From Candidatus Babeliales bacterium (GTDB lineage Bacteria; Babelota; Babeliae; Babelales; JANWKD01), in assembly GCA_963701665.1 (NCBI GenBank), contig OY969622.1, positions 32,001 through 96,000 of the forward strand: DNA of 64,000 nt. The letters are read 5' to 3'. Below the pieces are notes generated by a model. The model did no database searches. It worked only from the letters and a program-made list of their open reading frames with translations, and was not told the DNA's origin. Each line of letters starts with the position of its first letter. Position 1 is the stretch's first letter. Position numbers and translations under genes: made by a program. Shown here in pieces: positions 19,883-29,734 of this stretch.

Positions 19883-21049
19883 ATGAAGCAATTGTTTTCG
19901 TATCTAACAAAAAATGGCTTATTCTTAGCTATCTTCTTTTCACAAATCAGTTTGATAGTTCCCCTTAAGGGCATGGAAACTCCTGAGGAAAGTGCGCAAT
20001 TAGAAACTTTACCTGATGAAATATTGGTTAATATTGCGTTAAATTTTTTCCCAGTAACTATTACTGATGCTTCGCAAATTGTTGAAGGTTTTAAAAAACT
20101 ATCAAAATTAATGCTTACCAATACTCGATTCTATGATTTAATTCATTCGCCTTACTTTCTCGATTTGCTTAAAAAACGATTAATTGCAGGAGTTGATAGC
20201 TCTCTTATCATTCAATCAGCGTTAGATGTGGTAGATGCAATGGGTATGAGAGATAAAGCTTTCTTTTCTGTGCTAAATAAAGCGAAAGATCAAATAAGCT
20301 TAATGGAAGATGCCTTTTGGATGATGTTTCATAAGAGTATCGCAGAATTTAAAAAAATAATTGCACAAATAGAAGAACAAAATTTTTCTATACTTTTTGC
20401 GGACACTCATGTCGATGAAGAGAATAACGTTATAACAAAATATCTTAAAACGCCAGCACTTGAGTCAGCGATAACGGTAGGGGGTAAAGATTTCGTTGCT
20501 GTAGTATTGGAGCATGGCGCTGATCCAAATATCAAATTTCCTAGCGGCTTTACATCTTTAACGCAAGCCGCAACACTCCCTCCGCCTCTTGGCGCTGAGA
20601 TTGTCGAATTGTTATTATCAAAGGGGGCAAGAATTAATGAAAAGAATCAATTTGGCTCAACTCCATTAAACACAGCAGCATTGCATGGAAACTATGAATT
20701 GGTACAGTTGTTAATCAAAAAAGGTGCAAATATAGAAACCAGGGCAGCAGGAGGTTTTACGCCCTTTTTAAGTAATACGGGTAGTCACATTGAAAATTTA
20801 AGAAATCAGCTTGAAACAGCATTAGTACTCATTAAAAATGGTGCTGATATTAATGCGCAAACAACTTTCAACGGTAAAACAGCCTTAATATTTGCAGTTA
20901 AACACGATAATCCTCAATTAGTTGGCATGTTATTGAAGCATGGTGCTGATGCTCAACTAGAAGACAACAAAGGTAATACCGCCTTATCAATAGCCAAGAA
21001 AAAAAATAATCCACAAATATTAAAGTTATTTGCACAATATAAAAATTAA
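19883..21049 (+). CDS. Exported F-box-like + ankyrin-repeat protein (tandem paralogue)
   Basis: Collinear with the upstream gene; LKG|ME; LETLPDEILVNI; ankyrin repeats. Confidence 0.88.
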   Translation: MKQLFSYLTKNGLFLAIFFSQISLIVPLKGMETPEESAQLETLPDEILVNIALNFFPVTITDASQIVEGFKKLSKLMLTNTRFYDLIHSPYFLDLLKKRLIAGVDSSLIIQSALDVVDAMGMRDKAFFSVLNKAKDQISLMEDAFWMMFHKSIAEFKKIIAQIEEQNFSILFADTHVDEENNVITKYLKTPALESAITVGGKDFVAVVLEHGADPNIKFPSGFTSLTQAATLPPPLGAEIVELLLSKGARINEKNQFGSTPLNTAALHGNYELVQLLIKKGANIETRAAGGFTPFLSNTGSHIENLRNQLETALVLIKNGADINAQTTFNGKTALIFAVKHDNPQLVGMLLKHGADAQLEDNKGNTALSIAKKKNNPQILKLFAQYKN

Positions 21050-21612
21050 ACAACACACGGCTTAAAAGCCGTGGATTTAGAAGCACAAGATGAAAGCTTT
21101 TTATTGATTTCTAACATAATTGAGAATTGTCTCTTCCGAACAATGTCCAAATGTTTCGGAGAAATATCCATCCGCCCAAAAATCATTACCCCACAAAAAT
21201 TTCTTTATTTCAGGCAATTCAGCTCTAAGCATTTTACTTAAATGCGTTTGAGTAGTTGAACTGCCTTGCTCACACTTACACTTGGTGGTAATTGTATTAC
21301 AAGATGTACATGGTCTATCTGAATATTTAATTCCTGAATTTCCCATGCATTAATTTCTGCACATTCTCGCAAGAGTTCTCCTAACCTACTCTTAACGTTT
21401 CCTTCTAATACTTTTTTTCTATATTTCGGTAACCAAACTATGTGATACATGTGCCTATGTGTTGTATGCGCTCCGTGCCAATATTTCTTTGTCATACCAT
21501 TAGTATGACAAAACTAACCTCGCTTCGCAAAAACTTACATTTTTGCTTTGCTCGCGCATTTGATGACATTCATCCCCAGGTTTAAAACCCTGGGGTTTTC
21601 TGTCATGGAAAA
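21044..21612 (-). mobile_element. IS200-type element, copy 1 (tnpA only)
   Basis: Near-identical to 47764-48332. Subterminal hairpins CACGGCTT-AA-AAGCCGTG and CCCCAGG-TTTAAAAC-CCTGGGG. Confidence 0.92.
21101..21495 (-). pseudogene. tnpA: Frameshifted IS200 Y1 transposase
   Basis: Relative to copy 2, GGC ATT TCA AGT becomes CGC ATT TAA GT near 21240 (substitution plus 1-bp deletion), which separates the HUH motif from the catalytic Tyr. Confidence 0.88.
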
Positions 21613-21619
21613 TAAAACT

Positions 21620-21724
21620 TGTAAGGAATTAATTAAAGTTCTGGATTCTACTTCGTTAAAACTTCGTAGAACAGGTCCCCACAGCCCTTCGGAGCTCGTA
21701 GAGCGAAGTAGGGTCGGAATGACA
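21620..21724. repeat. Half REPIN-like element abutting IS200, with two short nested hairpin insertions
   Basis: TAAGGAATTAATTAAAGTTCTGGAT...TCGGAATGACA matches the reverse complement of the 24156 left arm and spacer. Confidence 0.75.
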
Positions 21725-21733
21725 CCCCTTGTG

Positions 21734-23194
21734 TCATTTTAAATATTTCTTAAGCAATTCCTGCAAAATTTTAGGATTTGCTTTTCCTTGCGTTTTGCTC
21801 ATTGCCTGTCCAACAAAGAAGCCAAAAAGCTTTTCTTTACCCGCTTTATATTCAGCAACGTGCTGTGCATTTTCAGCAATAATTGTTTTTACAATTGTTT
21901 CTAATTCTTCTGTTGAACCAATTTGTTGTAATCCTTTTTCTTTAACAATCTGTTCGGGGTCTTGGCCAGTTTTTGCAATAGTGGCAAAAATTTCCTGTGC
22001 CGTGCGGTTGTTAATGATTCCTTGATCAACCAAGATAACTAACTTTGCAAGTCTTTCTGGCGTTATTTTGCATTCGGCTAAACTAATTTTCTCATTTTTC
22101 AACAGCGCCATGATATCGCGCAACACCCAGTTAATAAGCTGCTTGCTTTGCGTGTATTTGAGTGCTTCTTCGAAGTAGTCGCATAATTCTAAATCTTCAA
22201 TCAAAATATCTGCTTCATAGGGCGAAATGCCAATCTCTGAAACATAACGCTCGAATCGCCGTTGAGGGAGTTCTGGCATTATATCTTGAACGCGCGCAAT
22301 CATGTCACTCGTAATTTCAACGAGCGGCAAATCGGGATCTTCAAAATAGCGATAATCTGCAGCTTCTTCTTTTGAGCGCATTGGCTTCGTGCATTGTTCT
22401 TTGGTATCCCATAAGCGCGTTTCTTGGCGCACTTTTTGCCCCGATTCAAGCAGTTCTACTTGGCGCTCGATTTCATATTCGACCGCATCACCAATAAATT
22501 TAAACGAGTTAATATTTTTAAGCTCAACGCGTGTGCCAAATTTTGTTGCACCTTTTTTTCGCATGGAAATATTGGTATCCGCTCGGAAGGCACCCTCTTG
22601 CATGTTGCCGGAACAGATGCGCAAATACATAACAATGAGGCGCAATACTTTAAGATACGCTTTTGCTTCTGTTGCATTGGCAATATCGGGATGGCTGACA
22701 ATTTCAAGCAGCGGTGTCCCGGTACGATTTAAATCAACAAAACTTTCATTGGTGGTCGGCGCGTGAATATTTTTCCCCGCATCTTCTTCCATATGAATTC
22801 TGATGAGCCGAACTTTTTTTGTGCTGCCGTCTTCAAGCATAATAGGAACATAACCGTCGAGACAAACTGGCTTATCACTTTGGGTAACTTGATAATTTTT
22901 TGGCAAATCGGGATAAAAATAATGTTTTCGAGCGAATTCTGAAACGGGTGGAATAGTAGAGTTGGTTGCGAGCCCCGCCATGATGGCATTATGCACAACC
23001 TGTTTATTTAATACGGGTAAAACACCAGGATAGCCTGCACACACTTGGCAAATATTCTTATTCTGTTCGTGTGACTGCTCATTGGAGCAAGAACAAAAAA
23101 TCTTACTTTTTGTGTTGAGTTGAACATGAACTTCAATGCCGATTACACATTCATAATCAGGGTATTTATTTAAAATTGAAGATTGCTCGGCCAT
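21734..23194 (-). CDS. gatB: Asp/Glu-tRNA amidotransferase subunit B
   Basis: IGIEVHVQL, FARKHYFYPDLPK, HMEEDAGK, DLNRTGTPLLEI and DYRYFEDPDL motifs. Confidence 0.97.
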   Translation of the reverse strand: MAEQSSILNKYPDYECVIGIEVHVQLNTKSKIFCSCSNEQSHEQNKNICQVCAGYPGVLPVLNKQVVHNAIMAGLATNSTIPPVSEFARKHYFYPDLPKNYQVTQSDKPVCLDGYVPIMLEDGSTKKVRLIRIHMEEDAGKNIHAPTTNESFVDLNRTGTPLLEIVSHPDIANATEAKAYLKVLRLIVMYLRICSGNMQEGAFRADTNISMRKKGATKFGTRVELKNINSFKFIGDAVEYEIERQVELLESGQKVRQETRLWDTKEQCTKPMRSKEEAADYRYFEDPDLPLVEITSDMIARVQDIMPELPQRRFERYVSEIGISPYEADILIEDLELCDYFEEALKYTQSKQLINWVLRDIMALLKNEKISLAECKITPERLAKLVILVDQGIINNRTAQEIFATIAKTGQDPEQIVKEKGLQQIGSTEELETIVKTIIAENAQHVAEYKAGKEKLFGFFVGQAMSKTQGKANPKILQELLKKYLK

Positions 23195-23266
23195 CTGTCT
23201 TTCCTTATACATTCTGTGCTCAAAAATTAGGTATTAGTATAGCAAAAATCGCATAAACAGTAATGC

Positions 23267-23295
23267 TTGACAGCATCTTGTTAAAACATTACAAT
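23267..23295 (+). promoter_or_regulatory. Sigma70 promoter of ssrA
   Basis: TTGACA, 17 bp, TACAAT. Confidence 0.8.
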
Positions 23296-23330
23296 TAGAA
23301 ATGAAATTTTAACATTTCTTTGAAATTTTT

Positions 23331-23769
23331 GGGGGCGTCCAGGTTTCGACGTGTTATAGATGACACAAGGAGCATGCCGAGTTTTGGCTGGGAACTCGTA
23401 AAAAACGGTCAAAATAATAAATGCAGATCAAAATATTGGTCTATTAAGTCAAGCTCAAAGCTATGTTAACCGTGCAGCAGTTGCTGCTCAAAACGTTGTA
23501 ACCAACGCTTTTGCAGGAATGGCATTCGCTTAATTTTGTCTTAATCTTGTCAGCGAGGCGTGCTTATCAGTTGAGCTGACACGTATAATAAAAGATAAGA
23601 TTCTTGCATGAGACTTTTTTGTTGGGTAGTTCAAGAATATCACGCAACAAGCCTATGATTATTCTTCTGTTTTCGAGGGTTATCATTTGTATATTCGGAA
23701 ACTAAGCATGTAGCTTGCTTTGGGTCTGACATGATGCGGACATGGGTTCGATTCCCATCGCCTCCACCA
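23331..23769 (+). ncRNA. ssrA: tmRNA
   Basis: 5' GGGGGCG..TTCGAC; 3' GGGTTCGATTCCC-ATCGCCTCC-ACCA; G3:U pair; tag ORF at 23423-23533. Confidence 0.96.
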
Positions 23770-24110
23770 GTCTTCGTTTATCCGGGCCTTCCGGCTCGGC
23801 AAACTACGCCTGGCTTCGCCCTGCAGGTAGATTTAAATAAAAAATAAAACGAAGACTGTCCGGCATAGCTTCTTTAACGAAGAAATTGGTAGTCTCAAAG
23901 TGAAAGCGACGACGGACTAATTTTCGCTCCTCCGGAGCTTCGCCTGGCGCAGCCATTTTCTTAAATGATTTTAAATATCAGTTGGCTTTCTTGGCCAAAA
24001 TGCGAAGACTGCCCGGCATAGCATGCTGCAACGTAGTAGTTGACTATCTCAAAACAAAAGCGACGACGGGCGTTGTTCTCTTCGTTTATCCGGGCCTTCT
24101 GGCTCCGCCA
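23770..24110. repeat. Cluster of short structured repeats downstream of tmRNA
   Basis: CTTCGTTTATCCGGGCCTTC twice; CGAAGACTGYCCGGCATAGC...AAAGCGACGACGG twice; CT(A/T)CGCCTGGC twice. Confidence 0.75.
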
Positions 24111-24155
24111 GTTTTCTTTAAGGAAATGATAAAAAGAATTATCGGTTAACAAGGT

Positions 24156-24255
24156 TGTCATCCCGAGGCTTTAGCCGTGGGGATCCAAACTTTAATTAAT
24201 TCCTTAAAGGAACTGATTTTATAATTGGATTGCCACGCTTACGCTCGCAATGACA
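24156..24255. repeat. REPIN-like element, copy 4
   Basis: TGTCATCCCGAGG..CCGTGGGGATCCA-spacer-TGGATTGCCACG..CTCGCAATGACA. Confidence 0.88.
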
Positions 24256-24311
24256 ATTTCGCTTTCAAAATCATTTTTTCTTTTTAAGAAATGTTAATTC
24301 ATCGACTTGGT

Positions 24312-25823
24312 TTACTGCACAATCTTAAACTCATCAAGCGGAATTTCATCACTACTTTCTAAAACCAATTTAAACCCAAAATTTTTCTCAAAGTAAAAAA
24401 TCGAATTGTATTCATGATTTGTTATGTAATCAAATACTCGTGGATGTACCGCGATGGTGAGCATATTATGCCCTTTGTTGGCATATAATGCTTGCTTGAT
24501 ATTTGGCAGTATATTAAAGCAAATTGTTTGAATTGTTTTGATGTACCCAAGTCCTTGGCATGTTGGGCATGATTCGGTCAATTCTTGAATGAGCGTTTTT
24601 CCTGAACGTTTCCGAGTCATCTGCACCAGGCCAAATTCGGAAATCTTCAGTACCACCGATTGAAATTTATCCCGTTCTTTGAGCATCTTTTCAAACGTTT
24701 TAAATACCTTTTGTCTATTTGCCGGTGAAGACATATCAATAAAATCGATGACGATAAGGCCACCAATGTTGCGCAAGCGTAACTGGCGAGTAATTTCTTC
24801 TGCCGCCTCGAGATTTGTTTTTAAAATTGTTTCTTCAAGATCACTTCTGCCGATATAGCGGCCAGTATTAACATCAATCACCGTCATTGCCTGTGTGGTT
24901 TCTATAATGATAGAACCACCTGAGCGCAAATGCACTTTTTCCGATAATGCTTGTTGCAATTGCTTAGTGATATCATATTGTTCAAAAAGATCGTGTGTTC
25001 CTGAAAAAAAATGGATCTTATAGCTAAATTCGGGTGCCATTTTTTTGACAAATTTATAGATCTCTTGTTGGTTTTCTTTATTGTCAGAAGTTACTTCTTC
25101 AACATCATCATCAAGGTGATCGCGTACAATTTGTAAGGTTAGCGGTAAATCTTCATAAATTTTTTCTTGTGGCTGTGCATCATTATATTTCTTTTCAATG
25201 AAGCGCCATGTTGAAACTAAATACTGGAGATCCTGTGCAATCTCTTTTTCCTGGCGCCCTTCAGACGTCGTGCGTATAATGGCTCCCATGCCTTCAGGAA
25301 GGTTTTTTGCTAAAATTTCTTTAAGTCGCTGACGTTCTTCACGTTCTTCAATCTTTTTTGATATGGCAATGCGAGGAATATTGGGCATGAGAACGATAAA
25401 TCTGCCAGGCAATGTGAAGCAGGTGGTGAGTTTTGCGCCTTTTTCATAGACGGGTTCCTTGCTCACTTGCACTAAAATTGACTCGCCTTCTTTGAGAATT
25501 TTGCCTATATCCATGGCAGTATGCGGGATTTTTGCGCTTACTTCATGCCCATCCTCGTCTTCCAACTCGACTGAAGCGGTCATTTTTTCAATTGCCATCT
25601 CGCGATCTATTTCCGAGATGTGCAAAAATCCAGCTTTTTCTTGCCCAATATCAACAAAGGCAGTTTGAATACCAGGCAGCACTTTAATGATGGTACCCTT
25701 AAAAAAGGATCGTTCAAGTGTTTGAATGGTGTGAGATGAGAAATAGATATTTTGTAATTCATCGTCACGGGTTACGGCGATTTTTGTTTGCCAAGGGTTT
25801 GCACTAATTAAAATTTTTTTCAT
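24312..25823 (-). CDS. rng: Ribonuclease E/G family (RNase G-sized)
   Basis: S1 domain VLPGIQTAFVDIG; IDVNTG, LRLRNIGGLIVIDFIDM and CPTC.G.G motifs. Confidence 0.92.
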   Translation of the reverse strand: MKKILISANPWQTKIAVTRDDELQNIYFSSHTIQTLERSFFKGTIIKVLPGIQTAFVDIGQEKAGFLHISEIDREMAIEKMTASVELEDEDGHEVSAKIPHTAMDIGKILKEGESILVQVSKEPVYEKGAKLTTCFTLPGRFIVLMPNIPRIAISKKIEEREERQRLKEILAKNLPEGMGAIIRTTSEGRQEKEIAQDLQYLVSTWRFIEKKYNDAQPQEKIYEDLPLTLQIVRDHLDDDVEEVTSDNKENQQEIYKFVKKMAPEFSYKIHFFSGTHDLFEQYDITKQLQQALSEKVHLRSGGSIIIETTQAMTVIDVNTGRYIGRSDLEETILKTNLEAAEEITRQLRLRNIGGLIVIDFIDMSSPANRQKVFKTFEKMLKERDKFQSVVLKISEFGLVQMTRKRSGKTLIQELTESCPTCQGLGYIKTIQTICFNILPNIKQALYANKGHNMLTIAVHPRVFDYITNHEYNSIFYFEKNFGFKLVLESSDEIPLDEFKIVQ

Positions 25824-26062
25824 ACATTTTTTCCGATGACTATGTTCTAACATTCATGATGGTCTCAATGCTTAGTATTACAGTATAGGAATGTTAGAAG
25901 TATAGCTTTTTTGCCTTTACTCATAAGTATACCGGAACTTAGTTCTAAAGAGTAGAAATTAGCTCATATTATTATTTTGTGGGTAGAAAATTAAAAAAAA
26001 TTGTGATACAGTTCCTTCTGTAAAAATCATAGTATGTGTTACAAATCATCATAAGGAAAAAA

Positions 26063-26719
26063 ATGGCACACGCTTCAGACAAAAGATTACTTATTTCATT
26101 AACAGCTTTATTACTCATGCTTTCGGGGTGCGGGGGGTCAAAGAAAACATCATCTGACAGAGAAAGGCGCCATGAATCTTCTGAAGATATGGCTATGCCG
26201 GTTGCTCACAATGAATCAATGGTGAGCGTTTTTGATGATGGACTCGATGCATTTGTACTCGAAGACGATGTAGAAAATCCATTTGTACAGGAGCCAGTGA
26301 CGGTGGCTGATAATTCGCGCGATCTTGATATTTCATGGGAAGAGCCAACGCACTTGAAAGAAGAAATCAGAGTTGTTTATTTTAATTACGACAGTTCAAA
26401 ACCATTGGAAGAGCAACAAGGCGCTCTAGAAGATATGACTAAAAAAGCCCAAGAAATTTATCGCAGCGATCGTACCGTATGTGTTAAAGGGCATGCATGC
26501 AGATATCATGGTACCGCTGCTTATAACGTTGCGCTTTCTATGGAACGAGCAACAACTATCAAAGAAAAATTGTTAGATGTGGGAATTCCTGAATCTCATT
26601 TGAAAGTATTTGGTGTAGGCTATGAAGAGCCTGCTCAATCTACCTTAGAAGGACAAGCGGTCACCTTGGAAAGTGAAGCGCCAAATCGTCGCGTTGAATT
26701 GTACTCATTAGCTGCTTAG
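26063..26719 (+). CDS. OmpA/Pal-family lipoprotein
   Basis: Lipobox LSGC; VYFNYD, YNVALSMERA and NRRVEL motifs. Confidence 0.88.
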   Translation: MAHASDKRLLISLTALLLMLSGCGGSKKTSSDRERRHESSEDMAMPVAHNESMVSVFDDGLDAFVLEDDVENPFVQEPVTVADNSRDLDISWEEPTHLKEEIRVVYFNYDSSKPLEEQQGALEDMTKKAQEIYRSDRTVCVKGHACRYHGTAAYNVALSMERATTIKEKLLDVGIPESHLKVFGVGYEEPAQSTLEGQAVTLESEAPNRRVELYSLAA

Positions 26720-26727
26720 AATCAATA

Positions 26728-26757
26728 AAGAGGGGATTTCATAAGAACTCCCCTCTT
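26728..26757. terminator. Terminator hairpin between convergent genes
   Basis: AAGAGGGGA / TCCCCTCTT inverted repeat. Confidence 0.7.
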
Positions 26758-26772
26758 ACAAAAAAAGTTATA

Positions 26773-28272
26773 TTATTGGTATGAATAACCGATACCAAAT
26801 TTTTTAACGTTTCCTCTACGTTTTGCCTCTTCTACTTTAATTGATTCAATTGTTTGTAATATTTCTAAATATTTTTTATTTTCCGGATTTTCTGATAATA
26901 ACTCTTTAAAAAAGTTAATAATCGCTTGAAAATCTCTTCTTGTTGATTCTTCATTGGCCTTTTTGGCATCTTCATCAAGGCAGGTTTGACAGATCTCAGG
27001 ATTTTGGGCGAAGGCTGCAAATGCTTTTAATTTGTTTATAATATTTTGAATTGCAAATGTTCTTCTTGTGCGATTGTTGCTATATCTTTCCTGATTATTT
27101 TTAAAGTTTGTGGCTGTTTGAGCCATTTCAGCTAATTCTTCATAAAATGACTTGTACGGTCTGCATTCTTGCCTTTTTAACTTAGGATCATAAATGCAAT
27201 ACGCTCTGAGTTTATTTTCTTCGGCGGACTCTAGATATTCGTCAATATCAATTCCCTCATCAAGTAATGCCTGTTTTTGTTCTCGGGATAATCCCTTAAG
27301 AAGTTGAAGCAATCGTAGCCATTGCTCATTAATATTATTATAAAAAAATCTTGCATCAAGATCATCTGATAAATTTGCTTTGATTTCGGCATCTTGTACT
27401 TCGCCTGAAATTTCAATGGGATATGCTAATCCTTCATCGATGTCGTCACGAATACCCTTGGTGAGTTTGTAACCGGGTTTTATTTTCTTGAATTCTTTTT
27501 CTAAAAAAGCAATTCGATTTTCATAGAGATTCGTCATGAGCTGATATAATGCAAGATTTGCTTCTGACGCGTTAAGATAAGATTTACGCAACGTAGTGAT
27601 TGCTGATTGTATGAGTAACGGATCGATATTCAATATTGGTTTAATAGCTTCCCAAAGTTGTGGTCGTCTTTTTCTTAAATCAACTAATTGGGTTTTTTCA
27701 ACTAGGTTGTTAATGGCATCTAATGTTGCTTTGGCTTCTAATTTTTTGCGTGCCGTTTCTTCTGGTCCTGCGCTTGGTAAACTTGCAAGTTGCTGAATAG
27801 AGTTTTTTAAGTTTACCCAATTTACCGTTTTGGCGGGGATTTCTTGCTCAAGTGGGGATCGAGGAAATATTGCAGATTGAGGGCGAGGTTTTCTTATAGG
27901 TTTTATTGGTTCTTGTTCTTTCTCTTTTTTTTCTTGTTCAAGTTTCAAACTTTTTCTTCTCTCAGCAATTGACATACCGCCTACGGCCGTCTTAATTAAA
28001 GGCTGTATCAGTGGTTTTTCAATTGGTGGACGTTGTATTATAGTTGATTTTGTTCTTCTCAATGGCGGTCTTTTGGGTACCGGCAATGGCAAATTTGGAA
28101 ACTCTTCATATTCTTCTCTTGCTGGAACTGCAGGTTTTTCTAATTCATTTTGAAGATTGTTCAACGCAATGATTAATAGCTGTAAAGAATTGTTCACTGT
28201 TCCTTGAGCACAACTTGTATACAAGCCTAAAATCATAAAAACTAACATAGAATGAGCAGAATGTTTTTTCAT
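26773..28272 (-). CDS. Exported hypothetical protein, Pro/Arg-rich N-terminus and helical C-terminus
   Basis: 499-aa ORF, signal peptide, RBS AAGGAG. Confidence 0.8.
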   Translation of the reverse strand: MKKHSAHSMLVFMILGLYTSCAQGTVNNSLQLLIIALNNLQNELEKPAVPAREEYEEFPNLPLPVPKRPPLRRTKSTIIQRPPIEKPLIQPLIKTAVGGMSIAERRKSLKLEQEKKEKEQEPIKPIRKPRPQSAIFPRSPLEQEIPAKTVNWVNLKNSIQQLASLPSAGPEETARKKLEAKATLDAINNLVEKTQLVDLRKRRPQLWEAIKPILNIDPLLIQSAITTLRKSYLNASEANLALYQLMTNLYENRIAFLEKEFKKIKPGYKLTKGIRDDIDEGLAYPIEISGEVQDAEIKANLSDDLDARFFYNNINEQWLRLLQLLKGLSREQKQALLDEGIDIDEYLESAEENKLRAYCIYDPKLKRQECRPYKSFYEELAEMAQTATNFKNNQERYSNNRTRRTFAIQNIINKLKAFAAFAQNPEICQTCLDEDAKKANEESTRRDFQAIINFFKELLSENPENKKYLEILQTIESIKVEEAKRRGNVKKFGIGYSYQ

Positions 28273-28357
28273 AATGTTTCTCCTTTTTCATCTTTAATGA
28301 TAGATAATCTCTATTAGTGCGCGCAATATTTTTGATGAGTAATGAAAAAGATGAACG

Positions 28358-29734
28358 TTATTTACCGATGCAAAATTCTTTAAAAATTGCATCCATGCTG
28401 TGTTCAGAAATGGTCTTGCCAGAAAGCTCAGTTAAATTTTCTAAAGCAATTTTTAAATGATAAGCAACAATTTCATATTCAATTGTCTCTTGCATTACCA
28501 ATGCAAGAATAGCTGCTAATTTTTTTTCTAAGGAAAGAAGAAGTGTAGCTTGGCGAGTGTTTAACAAAAAAGGAGAAGCTAGATGAGAAAAAAGCGCACG
28601 AATTTTCTTGTCGAGCGTTTCTTCGAGCGCGTGAATTGAAGCTGTGTCGAGTGCAGAAGTTTTGAGCGAGTGCACGGGTAAAGAAAACGAGTGCGATACT
28701 TCTTTATCTGCTTTATTGGCAATGCAGATAATTTTATCGCCATGCAGGTACAATAATTCTTGATAAATTGTTTTTTCCTGTGCCGTCATTACGCGCGAGC
28801 TATCAAACACTAAAAGTATGATATCTGCTTGATGTGCTTCAGTAAAAGAACGTTGAATTCCTTCTTGTTCAATGTGATCATGAGTCTCACGCAACCCTGC
28901 TGTATCAATGAACGTAACATAATAACCTTCTTTATACATGCCTGCTTCCAGCGTATCGCGCGTTGTACCGGCCTGTGGTGAAACAATTGCTCTATTTCTT
29001 TTTACTAATGCATTAAAAAGTGAAGATTTGCCGGCATTAACGGATCCTAACAAGGCAACACGAATACCTTGGCGAATATGTTGTTGCTGATTAAACGTTT
29101 GTTTGATGGTGCTCAGGGATGTTAAAACCGTTTCAATACTTTCTTTGATGCGATGACCAAATTCCATTTCTTCATCGATAAATTCAAAGCTTGCATCAGC
29201 GAGTGCAAGATTTTTAATAAGTTCTTTTTCTAGGGTGGTAATCCAAGCAGAAAAAGTACCCTCGACTTGTGCTAATGCTTGCTTGAGTGCATTTTGTGTT
29301 GATGCGTGAATAAGTTCATTGATCGCTTCAGCTTGTACTAAATCAATTTTACCATGCAAAAACGCGCGTTTTGAAAATTCACCCTGTTGGGCTAGACGCG
29401 CGCCATGTTCAACGGCTTGAGCAATAATTGCTTCAATTAAAAATTGGTTATTATGACACGTGACTTCAACAACATGTTGCCCGGTGAATGTTTTTGGTGC
29501 GTGCATGACAATGAAAAGAACTTGATCAATCGGTGCAGATGTTTTTTGATTGATTACCGATCCATAATGTACCGTGTGGGATGGAACCGCGTGCAAGGGA
29601 ATTCCTGAAGCGAGTGCGCTCATCTTACTTACAATAACGAGTGCATCATCACCAGATATGCGCAACAAAGCGAGTGCACCAGATCCTTGCGGCGTGCATT
29701 GAGCGATAATAGTTTCTTGATCTAGACTTTTCAT
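28358..29734 (-). CDS. mnmE: tRNA modification GTPase MnmE
   Basis: GSVNAGKSSL, GTTRD, DTAG motifs; C-terminal FCIGK. Confidence 0.96.
   Translation of the reverse strand: MKSLDQETIIAQCTPQGSGALALLRISGDDALVIVSKMSALASGIPLHAVPSHTVHYGSVINQKTSAPIDQVLFIVMHAPKTFTGQHVVEVTCHNNQFLIEAIIAQAVEHGARLAQQGEFSKRAFLHGKIDLVQAEAINELIHASTQNALKQALAQVEGTFSAWITTLEKELIKNLALADASFEFIDEEMEFGHRIKESIETVLTSLSTIKQTFNQQQHIRQGIRVALLGSVNAGKSSLFNALVKRNRAIVSPQAGTTRDTLEAGMYKEGYYVTFIDTAGLRETHDHIEQEGIQRSFTEAHQADIILLVFDSSRVMTAQEKTIYQELLYLHGDKIICIANKADKEVSHSFSLPVHSLKTSALDTASIHALEETLDKKIRALFSHLASPFLLNTRQATLLLSLEKKLAAILALVMQETIEYEIVAYHLKIALENLTELSGKTISEHSMDAIFKEFCIGK

Noticed and set aside
21548..21742. 64-aa ORF sharing its N-terminus with ORF 48281
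   Set aside because: The shared part is just the IS200 end read in frame
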